In this document: in pieces, positions 1 through 13,918 of the stretch | Position numbering within the stretch: position 1 is the first letter of the stretch | Layout of the letters: every line of letters starts with the position of its first letter | Assembly: GCA_964016885.1 (NCBI GenBank) | Contig: OZ024745.1 | Coordinates: 126,914,001 to 126,978,000, forward strand | Length of the DNA stretch: 64,000 nucleotides | From: Eledone cirrhosa | Taxonomy: Eukaryota | Direction: 5' to 3' | Notes under the pieces: model-generated | Database searches by the model: none | Told to the model about the DNA's origin: nothing | What the model saw: the letters and a program-made list of their open reading frames with translations, nothing else | Made by a program: the position numbers and the translations under genes

Positions 1-1685
1 TTATGTTAAGGTATTGTTCTCAAAATAAATAATATCAAAATCTCATAGATTCGATATTGTATGAGATAAAGACTTTACCATGAAAATACAATCGTAAATA
101 TAGAGTAATGTAAATGCTCAAGGGTTAAAATGGTTTGTCAGCTTGCAGTTTATTTCAATCTTAAGTGATAATGGTAAGTATACCATCTGATTCATCTGAT
201 AAGAGTTTACACTATTTATTCCTACACAATGCTTTCTTGCCCAATTCTTACATTTATGTGCCGTTTTTCGCCACACAACTCACCTAGGTTATCCTTCTTT
301 TTCTTTTTTCTTATGTTTTCTTATTATCTTTGAATATTTGCTTATGTAGTAGCATAATGGGACTAAGTGATTCACCTAATTAAGCCATGTTTTCCTGATG
401 AGATTATGTGAAAAGTTTATACCATATAAATAATTAATTATGTGATTAATTAATTCATATGATTGGAACTATATCTCTCTTAATTGAAACAGTTGGAGAA
501 ATATATGGTTTTAATTGAGTAACAACTTTGATTATTCCTTCTGAATTGAATATTTATGTTCTGTGATTTTCATCATCTTCAACTATTAGTATCATACCCC
601 ATGGAGTACACCCGGAGTTTTGATTCCTGCATGCTTTGACCTGAATAATACGTAGAGCTTCAACACACCTTCTTAAAATACAAGTGGGTTTTTCCACTTT
701 CAGTTACTCTCTTGAATATATCTTCTCTTCTTCTTCTTCTTTGCCCACTTATTTCTAAGAGGGTCATGAGAGCAGAGTTCTCAAACAGTCCTTTCAGTGG
801 GTCCTGTCAGAAGCAACTATCTCCAACTGATCCGGCTGTATCCCCAAGCATGACCAGCTAAGCTCATGGATGCTATCCAACCGCCTTGTTTGGGGTCTAC
901 CCCTGGATCTCCTGCTGCTTGGTTTTGCTCATAAAATCTCTCCAGTGGTTCTTTCCTGAGACATTCTAACCACATGCCCATATATATCATCTCCATCATC
1001 ATCATAATATATATAGAGAGTATATAAAGCACCCAGCACTCAATGTAAATGAGGTTGGTGTTAGGAAGGGCATCCAGCTGTAGAAATCAAGCCAGAATCA
1101 GTTCCCATATGAGCAAGGCATGGTCAGCCGACTGGACACTGCCCACAACAGGACAACCCGTCTAATCCATGCTAGCGTGGAAGAATGGACGTAAAACGGT
1201 GATGATGATGATATATCATATCATCATTTATATGTGTGTGTATATGTATATGTGTGTGTGTGCGTACAACCATATATGTGTACACTAGTAGAAACCAGTG
1301 AGAGAAATTACATCCTTTTGTGTTAAAAAAGTAACTTAAGCAATCAATTAATCAATTTATATTTTACTATTATTATAGTTAACTGCATTGCGGCAACTAT
1401 ATTTTCAAATTTCTCTTTGCTTCATAAATCAACCAAGTCTTGATTACACTTCTAGTGTCACACTTAAATTTTCTAAAGTGACAGTAATTGACTAAGAGGA
1501 ACTCTTTGGCATAATAATTAAACCCATTCTCTTGGTGTACAAGAGATGCATGGTTCCATTCCCTGCTGGCGCCTTTGTTCACTTCTTTCCAACTCCATTG
1601 TTACTTTACCCAATTTATTCAAATATTATTATATTTGTAAGTCAAGGGATTATCTTATATAATTTACAAAATCTATTTCTTTTAG

Positions 1686-1766
1686 GGAATGGTTGATGCA
1701 GCACAGTACATTCAGAAAAAATTAGTCGAAGAAAATATCTTGTTGAAAGCATTTAACAGTGATTTA
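1686..1766 (+). CDS. DAGLA: Diacylglycerol lipase alpha, internal exon (first visible; gene begins upstream of window)
   Basis: tttag|GGA...TTA|gtaagt; 81 nt, phase 0/0. Translates GMVDAAQYIQKKLVEENILLKAFNSDL, matching vertebrate DAGLA GMVLSAEYIKKKLEQEMVLSQAFGRDL as recalled. Confidence 0.92.
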
Positions 1767-2423
1767 GTAAGTATCATGATTATTGTTCAGTTTGTGTATA
1801 ATTTCTGCCAAGCTTCTTGAGAAATGAAGAAATCATTGTTATTATTTAAACTACATTCCATTTTTTTTCTTTGAAAAGAGCTCCTGGCCTCAAAATATCA
1901 TAAAATATAAAATAAAAGTCTATACCATTGTTTTGTTTTATATCTATCTTTCACACAATGGATAACAACAAACAAGTTTTCAGTACCAGATTAATTCAAA
2001 GATTATGTCAATTTCTTCTAGTTCAGTCTATTAGCCATATTACATAGTTTTCTAAATTATAATGTTGAAAAGTTGCTCTTACACTGTGTCAATTAAGTAA
2101 TCTTTCTCATGGTTCTGGAAAGGTTTCATATTTATAGTGCATTGATGAAAAATCTATTAGAAAAACTGTAAAGGAATTTCAATGCTACTTAACTATATTT
2201 ATAAACAATGGAATAAAAAAGAATTTGTCTTCAGCATTTATCATCATCACTACCATCATCACCATCTCTCCCAAGGCATTCTCATAGTACTCATTACACT
2301 TATAACTTTCTGTAATTTAAACCTAAATAAAAATAAATTAGTTTTCAAACTATGTTCATGGCAGATATTTCTCTTCTTTCTTCTCTTCTTATAAGTTGTC
2401 AGCTTATTCATTATCAACAATCA

Positions 2424-2652
2424 TTAACCTTTTAGAATTTAAACTGGCCATATCCAGCCAGAATTATCTCAGCCCTTTTTGTTTAAACTGGCTGTAACCA
2501 GCTGCTTATACTGCTGTTAAGGTATTGATCTCAACATAAATAATATCAAAATCTCATAGATTCGATATTATGTGGGATAATTATGTGAGATAAAGCCTTT
2601 ACTGTGAAAATATAATAGTAAATATAGAGTAATGTAAATGCTAAAAGGTTAA
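2424..2652. mobile_element. piggyBac-type MITE (TTAA target, CCCTTTAGCATT TIR)
   Basis: TTAA-CCTTTTAGAATT...AATGCTAAAAGG-TTAA. About 215-bp family, also at 1-128 (partial), 7262-7477, 19421-19636, 21886-21985 (partial), 24877-25107, 47183-47410, 47482-47697 and 56617-56841. Confidence 0.8.
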
Positions 2653-2907
2653 TTAAGAATTAACTCATTGGATTATTTGACAAAGTTGACTTATCAAAAG
2701 ATATCAAATTATTATTCTAATTTATAAGAAAGATAAAATTTGCAAGAAAAATATTCTATATTCCAAAATATTTAGCTATAAAGTACGATATATTGTAAAT
2801 TAAAGAAAATGTGTTTCATTTAATCTTATTTATTTATAAACCTTGTAAATTACAGTCTTAAGCGATATTGATATTTGTTCAATGGGAATCTATATTTCTT
2901 CTTCCAG

Positions 2908-3050
2908 GAACGCAGAACTGATCTATACAATTTAATTTTAGTTGGACATTCTCTTGGAGCTGGAACCGCATCAATTTTAGCAATTTTAATGAAAAGACAA
3001 TTCCCCAATTTACATTGTTATGCTTATTCACCTCCAGGAGGCCTTATAAG
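2908..3050 (+). CDS. DAGLA: DAGLA exon containing the lipase GxSxG nucleophile
   Basis: ttccag|GAA...ATAAG|gtcagt; 143 nt, phase 0/2. ERRTDLYNLILVGHSLGAGTASILAILMKRQFPNLHCYAYSPPGGLI; GHSLG Ser codon at 2950-2952. Confidence 0.97.
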
Positions 3051-5949
3051 GTCAGTATACATGTTTCAACAATTATAAAAATGGTTTATATATAATGATT
3101 TCTAGTATAGGCACAAAACCAGTAATTTGGAGGGAGAGGAAAGTCGATTAAAGTATGTTAATGGTGCTTTATTTTATCAACCCCTTAAGAATGAAAAGCA
3201 AAGTTAACCTCGGCGGGATTAGAACTCAGAACGTAAAGGGCCGTAACTCTATGCTTCAAAGCATGGTATCCGACTCTCTACCAATACTGCTAATCCACCA
3301 CCCTGGTGGTTTATATATAATGATAATAATAAGGATCATTAACATAACTTGTTTTTATGCTACTATAATAATTAGTAAAATATGCTTGTGTAGGAAATAC
3401 TTTGCAACTATTTACATTGAAACTAAACAAGCCTATTACAATGGAATACAAAGTTAACTGTATACCACTTTGCCTTTCTTCTTTCCAGTGTCAATAAAAT
3501 ATATGTTATGTACTGGTATTGATATAATTGACTAAACCCATCTCCAAAATTTGTATCCCTATTTCAAGTTGAAAATTTTGTTAAGTATTATTATTTTCAA
3601 TGCATTATTTTCAAAGGGCGGTAGATTGGCAGTATCGGTAGAGGGTCGGACGCCATGCTATCCAGCATAGTTACGTCCCTTTACAGTCTGAGTTCAAATC
3701 CCGCCGAGGTTAATTTTGCCTTTCATCCTTACGGGGTCGATAAAATAAAGTACCAGTAATACACTGGGATAATTGCTGGCCTTGTGCCAAAAGTAGAAAC
3801 AATTATTTTCAATGCACCCTTTCAATGCACTATCAAACACAACACTATGCACCTTGGCTATGTGCAGGATTTTGTTTTAGTTTTGTATTATTTTCTATTG
3901 TATTGAAAATACTCTATGTAATATGTGTTCAGTGCATAATAGTGTTATTTTCTGTATGTTGCATAAATGTATGGGTTCTGGAGATGTGATTATTTATTTT
4001 TTCCCCTTTTTTAAATTACTTACAAGGCCCCTATTACTATAGATATCGTTTCTATTTTAAATCCTCACATTCTGGTCATCTCTATTTGGATAATTTCTCC
4101 TTTTCATTAGAAATACATTATTCTCTGTTTGGGGCTACTGCTTCAATTTGGTGTAACTTCCTTTCTTTGTGGTCCTTGTCAACAATACTCAGTACATTAA
4201 TCTTTGTCTCAATGTCTGTGTTGGTTATATATGGACCCATAACACCTGATTGAGTAGTAGGGATGCCGTTGTGATATATGATGTCATGACAATAAAGCAC
4301 CCAGTCCACACTGTAAATTTTGTTGGCATTAAGAAGGACATCCAGCTGTAGAAACCAAACCAGGAATAGTTCTGTATGAGCAAATCATGGTCATCTGATT
4401 TGGCTGGTCTCACAACAGGACACCTCATCTAACCCATGGTAGCATGGAAAAATGGATGTTAAACGACGATGATGATGATATATGTATACATATATATATA
4501 TATATACAAAAGCATATATGATGTGTTTATGCATTATAAACATACAAGAGTCTTGCTATGACTATTCAAGCTGTGATCATGTTACAGCTGTCTCAATAAC
4601 TGTGTGGGAATGTCTGACATATGATTCTGGATTCTTAAAAATTCTGGATATTTATCACTCATATAAAAGATCTGTTGAAGATGATTAATTACATATAGTG
4701 CAAACATGACCCACCAGGATTAATTAGCACTAACATAGTATGGTTCATAATAGAGGTATGGTTCATAAAGAAGGTATATACAATAATAACTATTTAAAGT
4801 AAAGTGGTCGTGTAGGTGTCATGACAAAAAGCACCCAGCCCACACTGTAAAGGGGTTGTTTTGGTAACATGACAAAAAGCACCCAGCCCACACTGTAAAA
4901 GGGTTGTTTTGGTAACATGACAAAAAGCACTCAGTCCACACTGTAAAGTGGTTGTGCTGGTGGCTCGACAAAAAGCACCCAGTACTCACTGTACTTGACA
5001 TTGGTGTTAGGAAGGGCATCCAGCTGTAGAAACCAGGCCCAAATCAGTTCTGTATGTGCAAGACATGGTCACCTGACCTAGCATTGCCCACAAGAGGACA
5101 ACTCTTCTAACCCATGCTAGCATGGAAAAATTGATGTAAAACAGTGATGATGATGATGATGATAAGTGTCTTGCTATAAATGTTTAAGGTATAATCCTGC
5201 CACAGCTATTTCGTGAGCCACGTGAGATAGCTGTGACATGATCACAATTTAAAACATTCATAGCAAGGCTCTTGTATGTTTATTATATATAAACTTATCA
5301 CAAACACCTTCTTTACACCTCTATTAGGAAGGTGAAATTTCCAAATACAGGATCACATCGAGGAACCAGTGAGTTACTAAGACAACTAGCAATATGCTAT
5401 ATGACAGATGTAGCCAATCCATGCCAACATGAAAAAAAAAGAAAGAACAGATATAAACATATTCCTCGTGATGATGATTAATGGTGAATGACTAAAATTC
5501 AATGTATGAGGATTATGTGTCATCAGTTGGTTGACATTAAAGGAAGCAGCATAAATTCTTGTTATTAATCGAAAGTAGCTGAGAAAATAAGTGTTAAAAT
5601 ACTAAGAGAGTCAATCTCCAAAAGGATTAAGTACTATAGTGAATCCTCACTTTGGCTTTATGATATTCTAGTAGGTGTTATTGAATAGACATAAGTTTCC
5701 AGCAAACCAAATTTTCAAGCCTAATTTATATTCTTTGTCATGGTTATTTCAGTTCATTTAATTCATTATGGTCTTTAGCATCGAAAGTAATACTACAATT
5801 CCTATTTTGTTCCATTGATGTCGACAAAGCTAATCACTAATTGGTAAATATAAGTAGAAAGACTAATTAGAGAAGATTACAAGAACAACTTTGAAAATAT
5901 TCGAAAATGTATGAAACGTGCGGTGTGGTAAATAAATATATACATATAC

Positions 5950-6330
5950 ACCAGGTCTGAACACAAACTCCCACTGTCACTGCCTCGGTCTCTCCCACTC
6001 TCCCCATCTCTAACTATTATGAGCAAATGGGGGCCCATGCATTGGCCATACCACAGCCCCTGCGGACAGGATAGAGAAGGTGTTTCCCCAAGGATGGTGA
6101 GGGAAACATGCTGGAAGAGCCATTCCAGCTCGCGAAGCTTATACTTGTGGGTAGCCAACTCTGTGCCAATGGTGGTGAATAGGGAGGTGGCTCTAGGGCC
6201 AAGGACACTAGAAGTCTCCACTGATATGGGCTCAACTGCAAGCCTGTGGGAAAGCAACTGATATTTGGAGAGTTTACCCTCCTCAGCCTTTAGTGCAGCA
6301 GAGCCTGGGTTAGTTGCAAAAGACGGTAAT
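5950..6330 (+). repeat. Dispersed repeat shared with 51170-51400 (possible LINE 5' end)
   Basis: aactcccactg(t/c)ca(c/t)tgcctc...attATGAGCAAATGGGG..CC...gaaggtgtttcc present in both copies. Confidence 0.55.
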
Positions 6331-6829
6331 TTGATGGTTAGCTCTATTTATTTTGTATTTGTGTGTATGCGTATCCATAAATGTGTGTGTGTGTGTGTGC
6401 ACAGAAGTGATTGTGCATGTGTATGTATATATGTGTATGTGTGCATGTGTGCACATGCACGTGTGTGAGTGTAAGTGCATGCATGTGTCTGAATGCCCAT
6501 GTGTATGTGTGCATGTGTGTGTGTGTGTGTGTGTGCATGTAGAAAACATGAATAAACAGGTTGCCATTTTCATGAGATTGTTGTATTAATTATTATCCAT
6601 ATGTTGATAATGATGATGATGTTGAGTTCTATAATATCATGTGAAGTTCTCGGTACACAGACTCTATTGCCCAATTATGGTTCCCACTGGGAATATAATA
6701 TTCTTCTCAACTCACACTAACTAAGAGCAAAACAGATAATTTTCCCCAACTTCAGAGTTTAATGTCAATAAGACTTTCAGCTGTATGAGTCACTAGTCCA
6801 GGTAGAGTCACTAGTCCAGGTAGAGTCAC

Positions 6830-7115
6830 TACTTCTCCGAATTCAGAGATCACAGCTCCGATACTATGGGCATGTGGTTAGAATGTCTCAGGAAAGAATC
6901 ACTGGACAGATTTTACGGGTGAAACTAACAGGTAGGAGACACAGGGATAGACCCCGAGCAAGATGGTTGGATAACATCCATGAGCTTGGCTGGTCATGCT
7001 TGGGGATCCAGCCGGATCAGTTGGAGATGTTTGCTTCTGACAGGACCCGCTGGAGGGAGTGTTTGAAGACTCTGCTCCTATGACCCTCTCAGGAATAAGT
7101 GGACGAAGAAGAAGA
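6830..7115 (+). mobile_element. LINE 3'-end fragment (RTE-like)
   Basis: LLRIQRSQLRYYGHVVRMSQER...GRRHRDRPRARWLD; (GAA)n tail. A related copy lies on - at about 720-990. Confidence 0.65.
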
Positions 7116-7700
7116 TGTATGAAAACATGTACTCCAGTTGTTATTGTTGATGAACTTCCGTTGTTTCTCATGACATGTTCTCCAGTTGATTCAATCAACA
7201 GAACTGCCTGCTCATGAAATTAACATGTAAGTGACTGAACATTCCAGACATGTGCACCCTCAACCCTTTAACATTTACATTACTCTATATTTACTATTGT
7301 ATTTTCACAGTAAAGGGTATACCTCACATAATTATCTCACATAATATCGAAGGTACGAGATTTTGATATTATTTATTTTGAGAACAATATCTTAACATAA
7401 ATATGAGGGGCTGATTATGGTTGGTTTGAACAGAACGAGGAGAGAGAATTCTGGCTGGATATGGCCGGTTTAAATGCATTGTGTCATGCTGAAACTCCCT
7501 GAGATTCAGCATGACACAATGTGTGACAAGGCTAGCCCCCAGATCCAACTCATTGTTGCTCAAGTCATCAGTGCACTGTCCAGTCCGGGAATTGAACTCA
7601 CAACCTCCCAATCATGAACCACACACCATAACTAAACCACTAATCTTCCTATACACCAATAACAGTATCATAAAGAGTTTAGAAGTTGACTGAATGATAA

Positions 7701-8044
7701 TCTATATATAAATTTCTGTGATTCTGTTACATCACGTAAAGAGAGAGGAGTAGTTTGACTCCCTTATACTACTCCTCTTTCTTTATGTCTGCTGCCTGCA
7801 TGAATGAGTGGAAGGAAGGGGATGGTGAAAAAACTACACTTGTGTGAGTGTATGTTTGTGTGAATGTATGTGTGTTTGTGTGAATATATGTCTGAGTATG
7901 TATTTTTGTAAGTATGTCTGTGTTTGCGCGTTTATATTTATATACTCATACATATAAATGTAGGCATATGCACATACACACATGCACATGCATATGCACA
8001 TACACACTTGCACATACATGTCCACGTAGGGAAAACAATTCTAG
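7701..8044 (+). mobile_element. Non-autonomous Helitron-like element
   Basis: A|TCTATATATAAA...ATTCTAG|T termini, inserted between A and T with no TSD; homologous to 11896-12152. Confidence 0.6.
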
Positions 8045-8244
8045 TACATCAAACTAGATAATTGTTTGGCGACTTACAATTCTTAGCTCAAATATCACTA
8101 TTGACTCTAAATCAATGAAATGAGGATGGATTGCATAGGAAGAGAGTCAAAAGTGAAAACAATATCTGTTCAGTTGGTGAATATCTTCAGAAATGTTTGA
8201 TTAGTTAGATTCTTGCCAAAGATCTGCTGAAATCCAATAAATCT

Positions 8245-8503
<259 letters not shown>

Positions 8504-8504
8504 A

Positions 8505-8842
8505 GAGAGAAGACCCCCTTCGGTCACTAATGACCATGGGTTTTGCACCTAGAAAGTTTCCCTCCGAGGCACAAGTCTGGGCTAAGTTGTTTGTGGAAGA
8601 CCAGCAGTCGCCCATGCATACCAACCTCCCCTCTCCACACCATCGATGATGTCCAAGGGAAAGGCAATGGCCGATACATCTTGGCACTAGTGACGTTGCA
8701 ACTAATTTCTACAGCTGAGTAAACTGGAGTAATGTGAAATAAAGTGTCTTGCTCAAGAACACAATGCATCACCCAGTCCGAGAATCGAACTCACAATCTA
8801 ACAATTGTAAGCCTGACACTCTAACCACTAAGCCATGTTCCT
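8505..8842 (-). mobile_element. tRNA-headed SINE with CORE-like central domain
   Basis: Minus strand: tggcttagtggttagag...gagttcgattctc, then gtgttcttgagcaagacactttatttcac. Flanked by (TAC/CAC)n. Related heads at about 7555-7640(-) and 17125-17270(+). Confidence 0.7.
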
Positions 8843-9451
8843 TCACAACTACAACTACAACTACTACACTACCACCACTACCACCACCACCACCACCACC
8901 ACCACTACGACTACTACTACTACTACTACTACTGATAATGAGGATGATCACAGCCAAGAACACAATAACAACAATAGTAGTTTTAGCAATAGTAATGGCA
9001 TTGACTATACCATCAGTAACAGTGTAACACAACAATTGACTGTGATTATCTAACAATAATACCTGTTTTACTACACATACTAAAATAGAAAACTCTACAC
9101 AAATTGGTTCTTTGTTCCCTTTTTCTCATGGACAAATAACTTTCAACTGTGAAATCAATAATTGTATAACAGTTTTATAATATTACTTCAATATACTATG
9201 TTAGTATTGATTTCTTGTCAATATCTGACATAGTATCATATGCTTGCATCTATCTCTTTCCCTCTCACTTTCTCTGTGTTTAAATATATCATCAGCAACA
9301 TCATCATCATCGTTTGTCTATTCTTCCAGGCTTGTATAGGTTAGAGGAGTTGTCATGTTATGAGACATTTCAGGTCAGGTGACTATGTCTTGCTCAGACG
9401 AGATCTGCATTTTGGCTTGGTTTCTACAACTGGATGCCCCTCTCTCTCTAT

Positions 9452-9481
<30 letters not shown>

Positions 9482-9482
<1 letters not shown>

Positions 9483-9708
9483 ACGAAGGAGTTGTGGTAA
9501 GGAACCAGATGGACCATAATGCACCAGAGTACTCAATACTTAGGGTAGTAGAGTGGGTAATAGGAAAGTTTTTGACCCCGACGGCAGAGTTCAAGCCGAT
9601 TCGACGGCTATTTCTGGACTAAATTAGAATTTTTAAAAATTCTAATTTAGTCCAGAAATAGCTGTTGAAATGGCTTGAGCTCTGCCATCGGGGTCATACA
9701 CTTTGCTA
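9482..9708 (-). mobile_element. Palindromic (TA)n-inserted element, Penelope-like pLTR derivative (3' half of HHR only)
   Basis: Loop-less palindrome centred 9634/9635 with about 74-bp arms, plus an 80-bp tail; (TA)n on both sides. Same subfamily as 43336-43547 and 42004-42096. Confidence 0.65.
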
Positions 9709-10491
9709 TATATATATATATATATATATATATTCTTTCATCCTCTTGGTCAGCACTCTTCTATTCATTACAAAATGGATACATTATAGAGTAGAGAAAG
9801 GGAAAAGGCAACATCTCCAGTGTTGATGCCATGATGAAATGCTCTCAATACACTCTGCAAAGTAGTTGCTAGTGATGGGAAGTGCATCCAACCTTAAAGA
9901 CCCTATTTCCTTACAGACATTTATCAAGCCTATAAAAATATTATCCTTTAGCCATCACACCAGCAAATCTTATGTATTGTTTCTAAATACTCTACATTTT
10001 CAGAAGAAAAGCTTTATTTCCTATCAGCACTGTATGACATCTATTACAATGTTGAGCTATGGTGTTAGTTATTACTAACATGCTTGTTAACTTCTACCTC
10101 TAAATTCAAACAAAAAGGAAGCCTCTGTGTGATTGCTTACTGAAATAGCAACCAAATCTCCCATGAATTACACTAAAAAAGGAAAGGCGACATTAGATAA
10201 TGTAGTCCTAGATGTATAATAATAACAATGAAATTATTGTGTACAGTACTCGGGTGCACTACAACTCATCAAAGGTACATATATAGGACATAGAATAATG
10301 TACAAATGTCAGGAAAGTGAACAGTGTATGAGCTATGATACACACAGGGATACATGCGTGCGTGTATATGGAGGCGGAATATCTGGGGTAGTGTTGCCGA
10401 ATTTCGGGAAGCATGGAGATTTTGAAAGATGTAATGTCCTGACAGCTAACAACCGATGCAGGTAGTTTGTTTCATCCCTAGATAGATAAAA

Positions 10492-10961
10492 TCTAAACTA
10501 TAATAAAGGGAGGAGTGCGGGACTGCGTACAGTTTATAATTTTTTATCCCATTAGTAAAATAAGTTGGATTACTTTGAATAAATAATGAATGAATATTAC
10601 GTAATTTATCTACTAAATTTCGTGGCTGTTGATTAAATATGTTTTGTTTATTTAAAGATTCACTTCTTTAAAATTTCTGAAATGTCAACACTTCTGGTTG
10701 GCGATCGCTTAAATAAACATACTAATTTTCTCCTAATGCAGTTTATATATATATCGTCTTTTTTTAATGTATCATGGATTACATTGCTGATTACATAAGA
10801 CAGTGTAACACAGTCTTCGTTTAATTTCTATGTATTATATATTGTCAATTACGATTTTATTTGATGTATCATATCTACATGTATATATACTTACGTATAA
10901 TATCAATATACACACTACACATGCTAGCAGAAAACCACCCAAAAGGTGGTTTTTCTGCTAG
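10492..10961 (+). mobile_element. Non-autonomous Helitron-like element (second family)
   Basis: A|TCTAAACTATAATAAA start; terminal hairpin aaaaccacc-caaaa-ggtggtttt followed by CTGCTAG|T. Confidence 0.5.
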
Positions 10962-11895
10962 TCATCTTAACTGTCCTGCCTTACTTCATTAATGCTTACT
11001 TCATTAATGCTTTGAATCAGAATTTTGTTTAATCAATAACAGCAAGCAATCTATCCAACAAATATCTATGTCAATGTGTTTCTTCCATAAACACTAAATG
11101 AAATATAAGATGGAAGGAATAACTTCAATTTAATCGTGTTCTCTTATCTGGTATTCTAATTTTCACTAAGTTTTGAAAATATAATCCCAGATAAAAGCAT
11201 ATATTGAGATAATTCTGTCATTTGAGAGGATAAATAAACTACGTAGAAATTTAATGATAATCAGCACTGTTGGGTGAAGAAATATCATTTAAACAAATTC
11301 AACCAATCATATCTATTGTGATGAATTTTCTCAAGTTAACATTTACTAATCAATGTTATCAATTTTCAATATGAAATTCTACAAATGAAAAAATACTTTA
11401 CAGAAAGTCTTTCTCACACATATGCAACATTGCTTAATGAATGTGTTGGTAAATATTCACGCATAATTTCTACTTTTGGCACAAGGCCAGCAATTTTCCC
11501 AGTGTATTACTGGTACTTTATTTTATCGACCTCCGTAAGGATGAAAGGCAAAGTTAACCTCGGCGGGATTCGAACTCAGAATGGCAAGGGCCGTAACTCT
11601 ATGCGTCAAAGCATGGCGTCCGACCCTCTACCAATACTACCAACACATAATAATGGTTTCTGATCTAGGCACAAGGCCAGTAATTTTGGAGGAGGGGAAA
11701 GTCGGTTAAATATACCCCAGTGCATGACTGGTACTTTATTTATAATTTCATAAAAATTAGTTTGCAAAAAGACATTTAAATGCTTGTATGTTTTTTTCTA
11801 TACTCATCTGGGAGACCATAATCAGTGATTCTTTTGCTCCCTCCCACATCCTTGATGCCACAGTAAATGTGAGGACCACTGCTTTTGTAGCTGAA

Positions 11896-12152
11896 TCTAT
11901 ATATAAATTTCTGCAATTCTGTCAAAACGCGTAAAGAGAAAGAGAAGTAATTTGACTACCTCATACTACTCCTCTCTCTTTACGTCTGTTGCCTGCGTGA
12001 ATGTATGTGTGTGTAAAAGGAAGGAAGGAGAAGTGTGTCTGTGTTTACACATTTATATTTATATACTCATACATATAAATGTATGCATATGCACACATAC
12101 ACATGCACACACACATATACACATACGCATCAGTGTATGGAAAAAATTCTAG
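11896..12152 (+). mobile_element. Non-autonomous Helitron-like element
   Basis: A|TCTATATATAAA start; subterminal hairpin catac-gcatcagt-gtatg about 10 bp before CTAG|T; homologous to 7701-8044. Confidence 0.62.
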
Positions 12153-13519
12153 TAGAATAAAATTCTAAGGTACTGGGACATATCAGTAAAAGATGTCTTC
12201 CAGCCTGTGCTGTAGCATTCATAACATTTGTGGGCAGCTGGGCCACAAAGTTCTTGTCATCATTAGCAGCTCACCTTATCAAGGTGTCAGGTGATGCCTG
12301 TGGGGGTGCAAGGGTATTTCACTGCTTTCACTTCACCATCACCTACAGCAATGCTGTGAACATGTTGGCTTGCCTCAAAAATTTCCAATGACCCTTGTGG
12401 TGTGTGAACAATTGACACAGTGTTGAATTGATGTTTTTTCTTCTTCTTTTTTCTTGCTTTGATTATATATTTTTGTGTATTATATTTATAAGGTTTCTAG
12501 CAATAATTAATTGATTATATGTCTGTACTTCTATTTAACCTCTTCAGTGTCATAAATGAGATAACTCATCCTAACATGTTTGAACTCTTTTCCAACAGTT
12601 CATAACTTCAAAGCTAGATGGGGTTACTAGTTTTTTGATGTGACATTTGTCAATCATTCAAATATGTGTTAATAAATGTTTGTTGAAAAAATAGTCATTT
12701 TACTGAAAAAAACCTGGCACAGCAACTGTAGCTGTGTAAAATATACGCGGCAGTCAACAGATTAATCTTATATATCTGTTATACAATGATAATGGAATAA
12801 AAAACATAATAATTAAAAAATTCTTTTAAAGTTTACTTGTTGGTAGTCAGTTTAAGTGATGGAGAGATATAGGAAACCAAATGAGATGCTTTCCAATATT
12901 CAGTTTCCTGCTTTGATGTTTTGATAACAAAATCTACTGGGGTTGTATTTACCTCTCATTCTTCCTGAATTAATAAAATATGTGCTAATAATATACTGAT
13001 GGAGAATTAATATCAACATCACTCATATAAACATCTAGCTTTTCATCAAGTTGAAAGAAATTTATGTGTTGAGTTAAAATTAAATGTGCTCGTGATCTGA
13101 GTTTATCAGTTTGCTTCAATTTTCAGTTGCAGTTATATAATTTTACTTACAATGTTATCTTTTAACATCATGTAAGGATTCAGCAGAAAATATCTAAAAA
13201 CAAGTTTGTTAATTCAAATCATTATCATTGTCATTTCCGTTTTCATTCTATTTTCTATGCTTGAGTACATAAAAAAAATAGACCGGGACACCCACAAGGA
13301 ATCAAACTCTATATCTCTCAAATACTGTGCAAGTGTGTTACCATTATGTTAATTGGTGAATGTTTGTAGCATTTTTACCAGTGGACAGATTGTCATGAAA
13401 ATTTGCAAGATTAGAGTAATTTTTAATGTGATGTAACCATAGTAATGGTTACATCACAGATTCAATATCTTATTTTTCTCCTGGAGATTTTGCTGATGTA
13501 AGAATTTATTACTTTATGA

Positions 13520-13721
13520 TGGGTGAAAAAGTGCCAAGAAATGCCAGTTGAAGGAAGATGTAGTAGGGGAAGACCACGAAAAACATGGGCGGAGGTGGTG
13601 AGAGCAGACCTCAGATCGCTGAAGCTCACGGTGGAGATGACAAAGGACTGTGACAAGTGGAGAGATGCTGTGCTGAATAGGATCCATGCCACCCTTGCAA
13701 GCAGGGAAAAGCGGACATAAA

Positions 13722-13752
<31 letters not shown>
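13520..13752 (+). mobile_element. RTE LINE 3'-end fragment
   Basis: VKKCQEMPVEGRCSRGRPRKTWAEVV...KWRDAV followed by a (GAT)n tail. A related fragment lies on - at about 16315-16740. Confidence 0.65.
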
Positions 13753-13754
<2 letters not shown>

Positions 13755-13849
13755 CATAAATTCACTTTATATGCAATTATTAAGTCATTTTATTGAATTA
13801 TATATTTTTGTAACTGAGTGTACTAAGTTCTTATTACTCTTTCTAACAG

Positions 13850-13918
13850 TGAGGAATGTGCGGAAGAGACAAAATCTTTCATAACATCTGTTATTGTTGG
13901 AAAAGACATTGTGCCAAG
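13850..13918 (+). CDS. DAGLA: DAGLA exon containing the catalytic Asp
   Basis: ctaacag|T GAG...CCA AG|gtaagt; 69 nt, phase 2/2. (S)EECAEETKSFITSVIVGKDIVP(R), compare DAGLA SKEFVTAVVLGKDLVPR. Confidence 0.95.

Noticed and set aside
394-420. CTGATGA...GAAA near the window start
   Set aside because: No stem I, II or III pairing.
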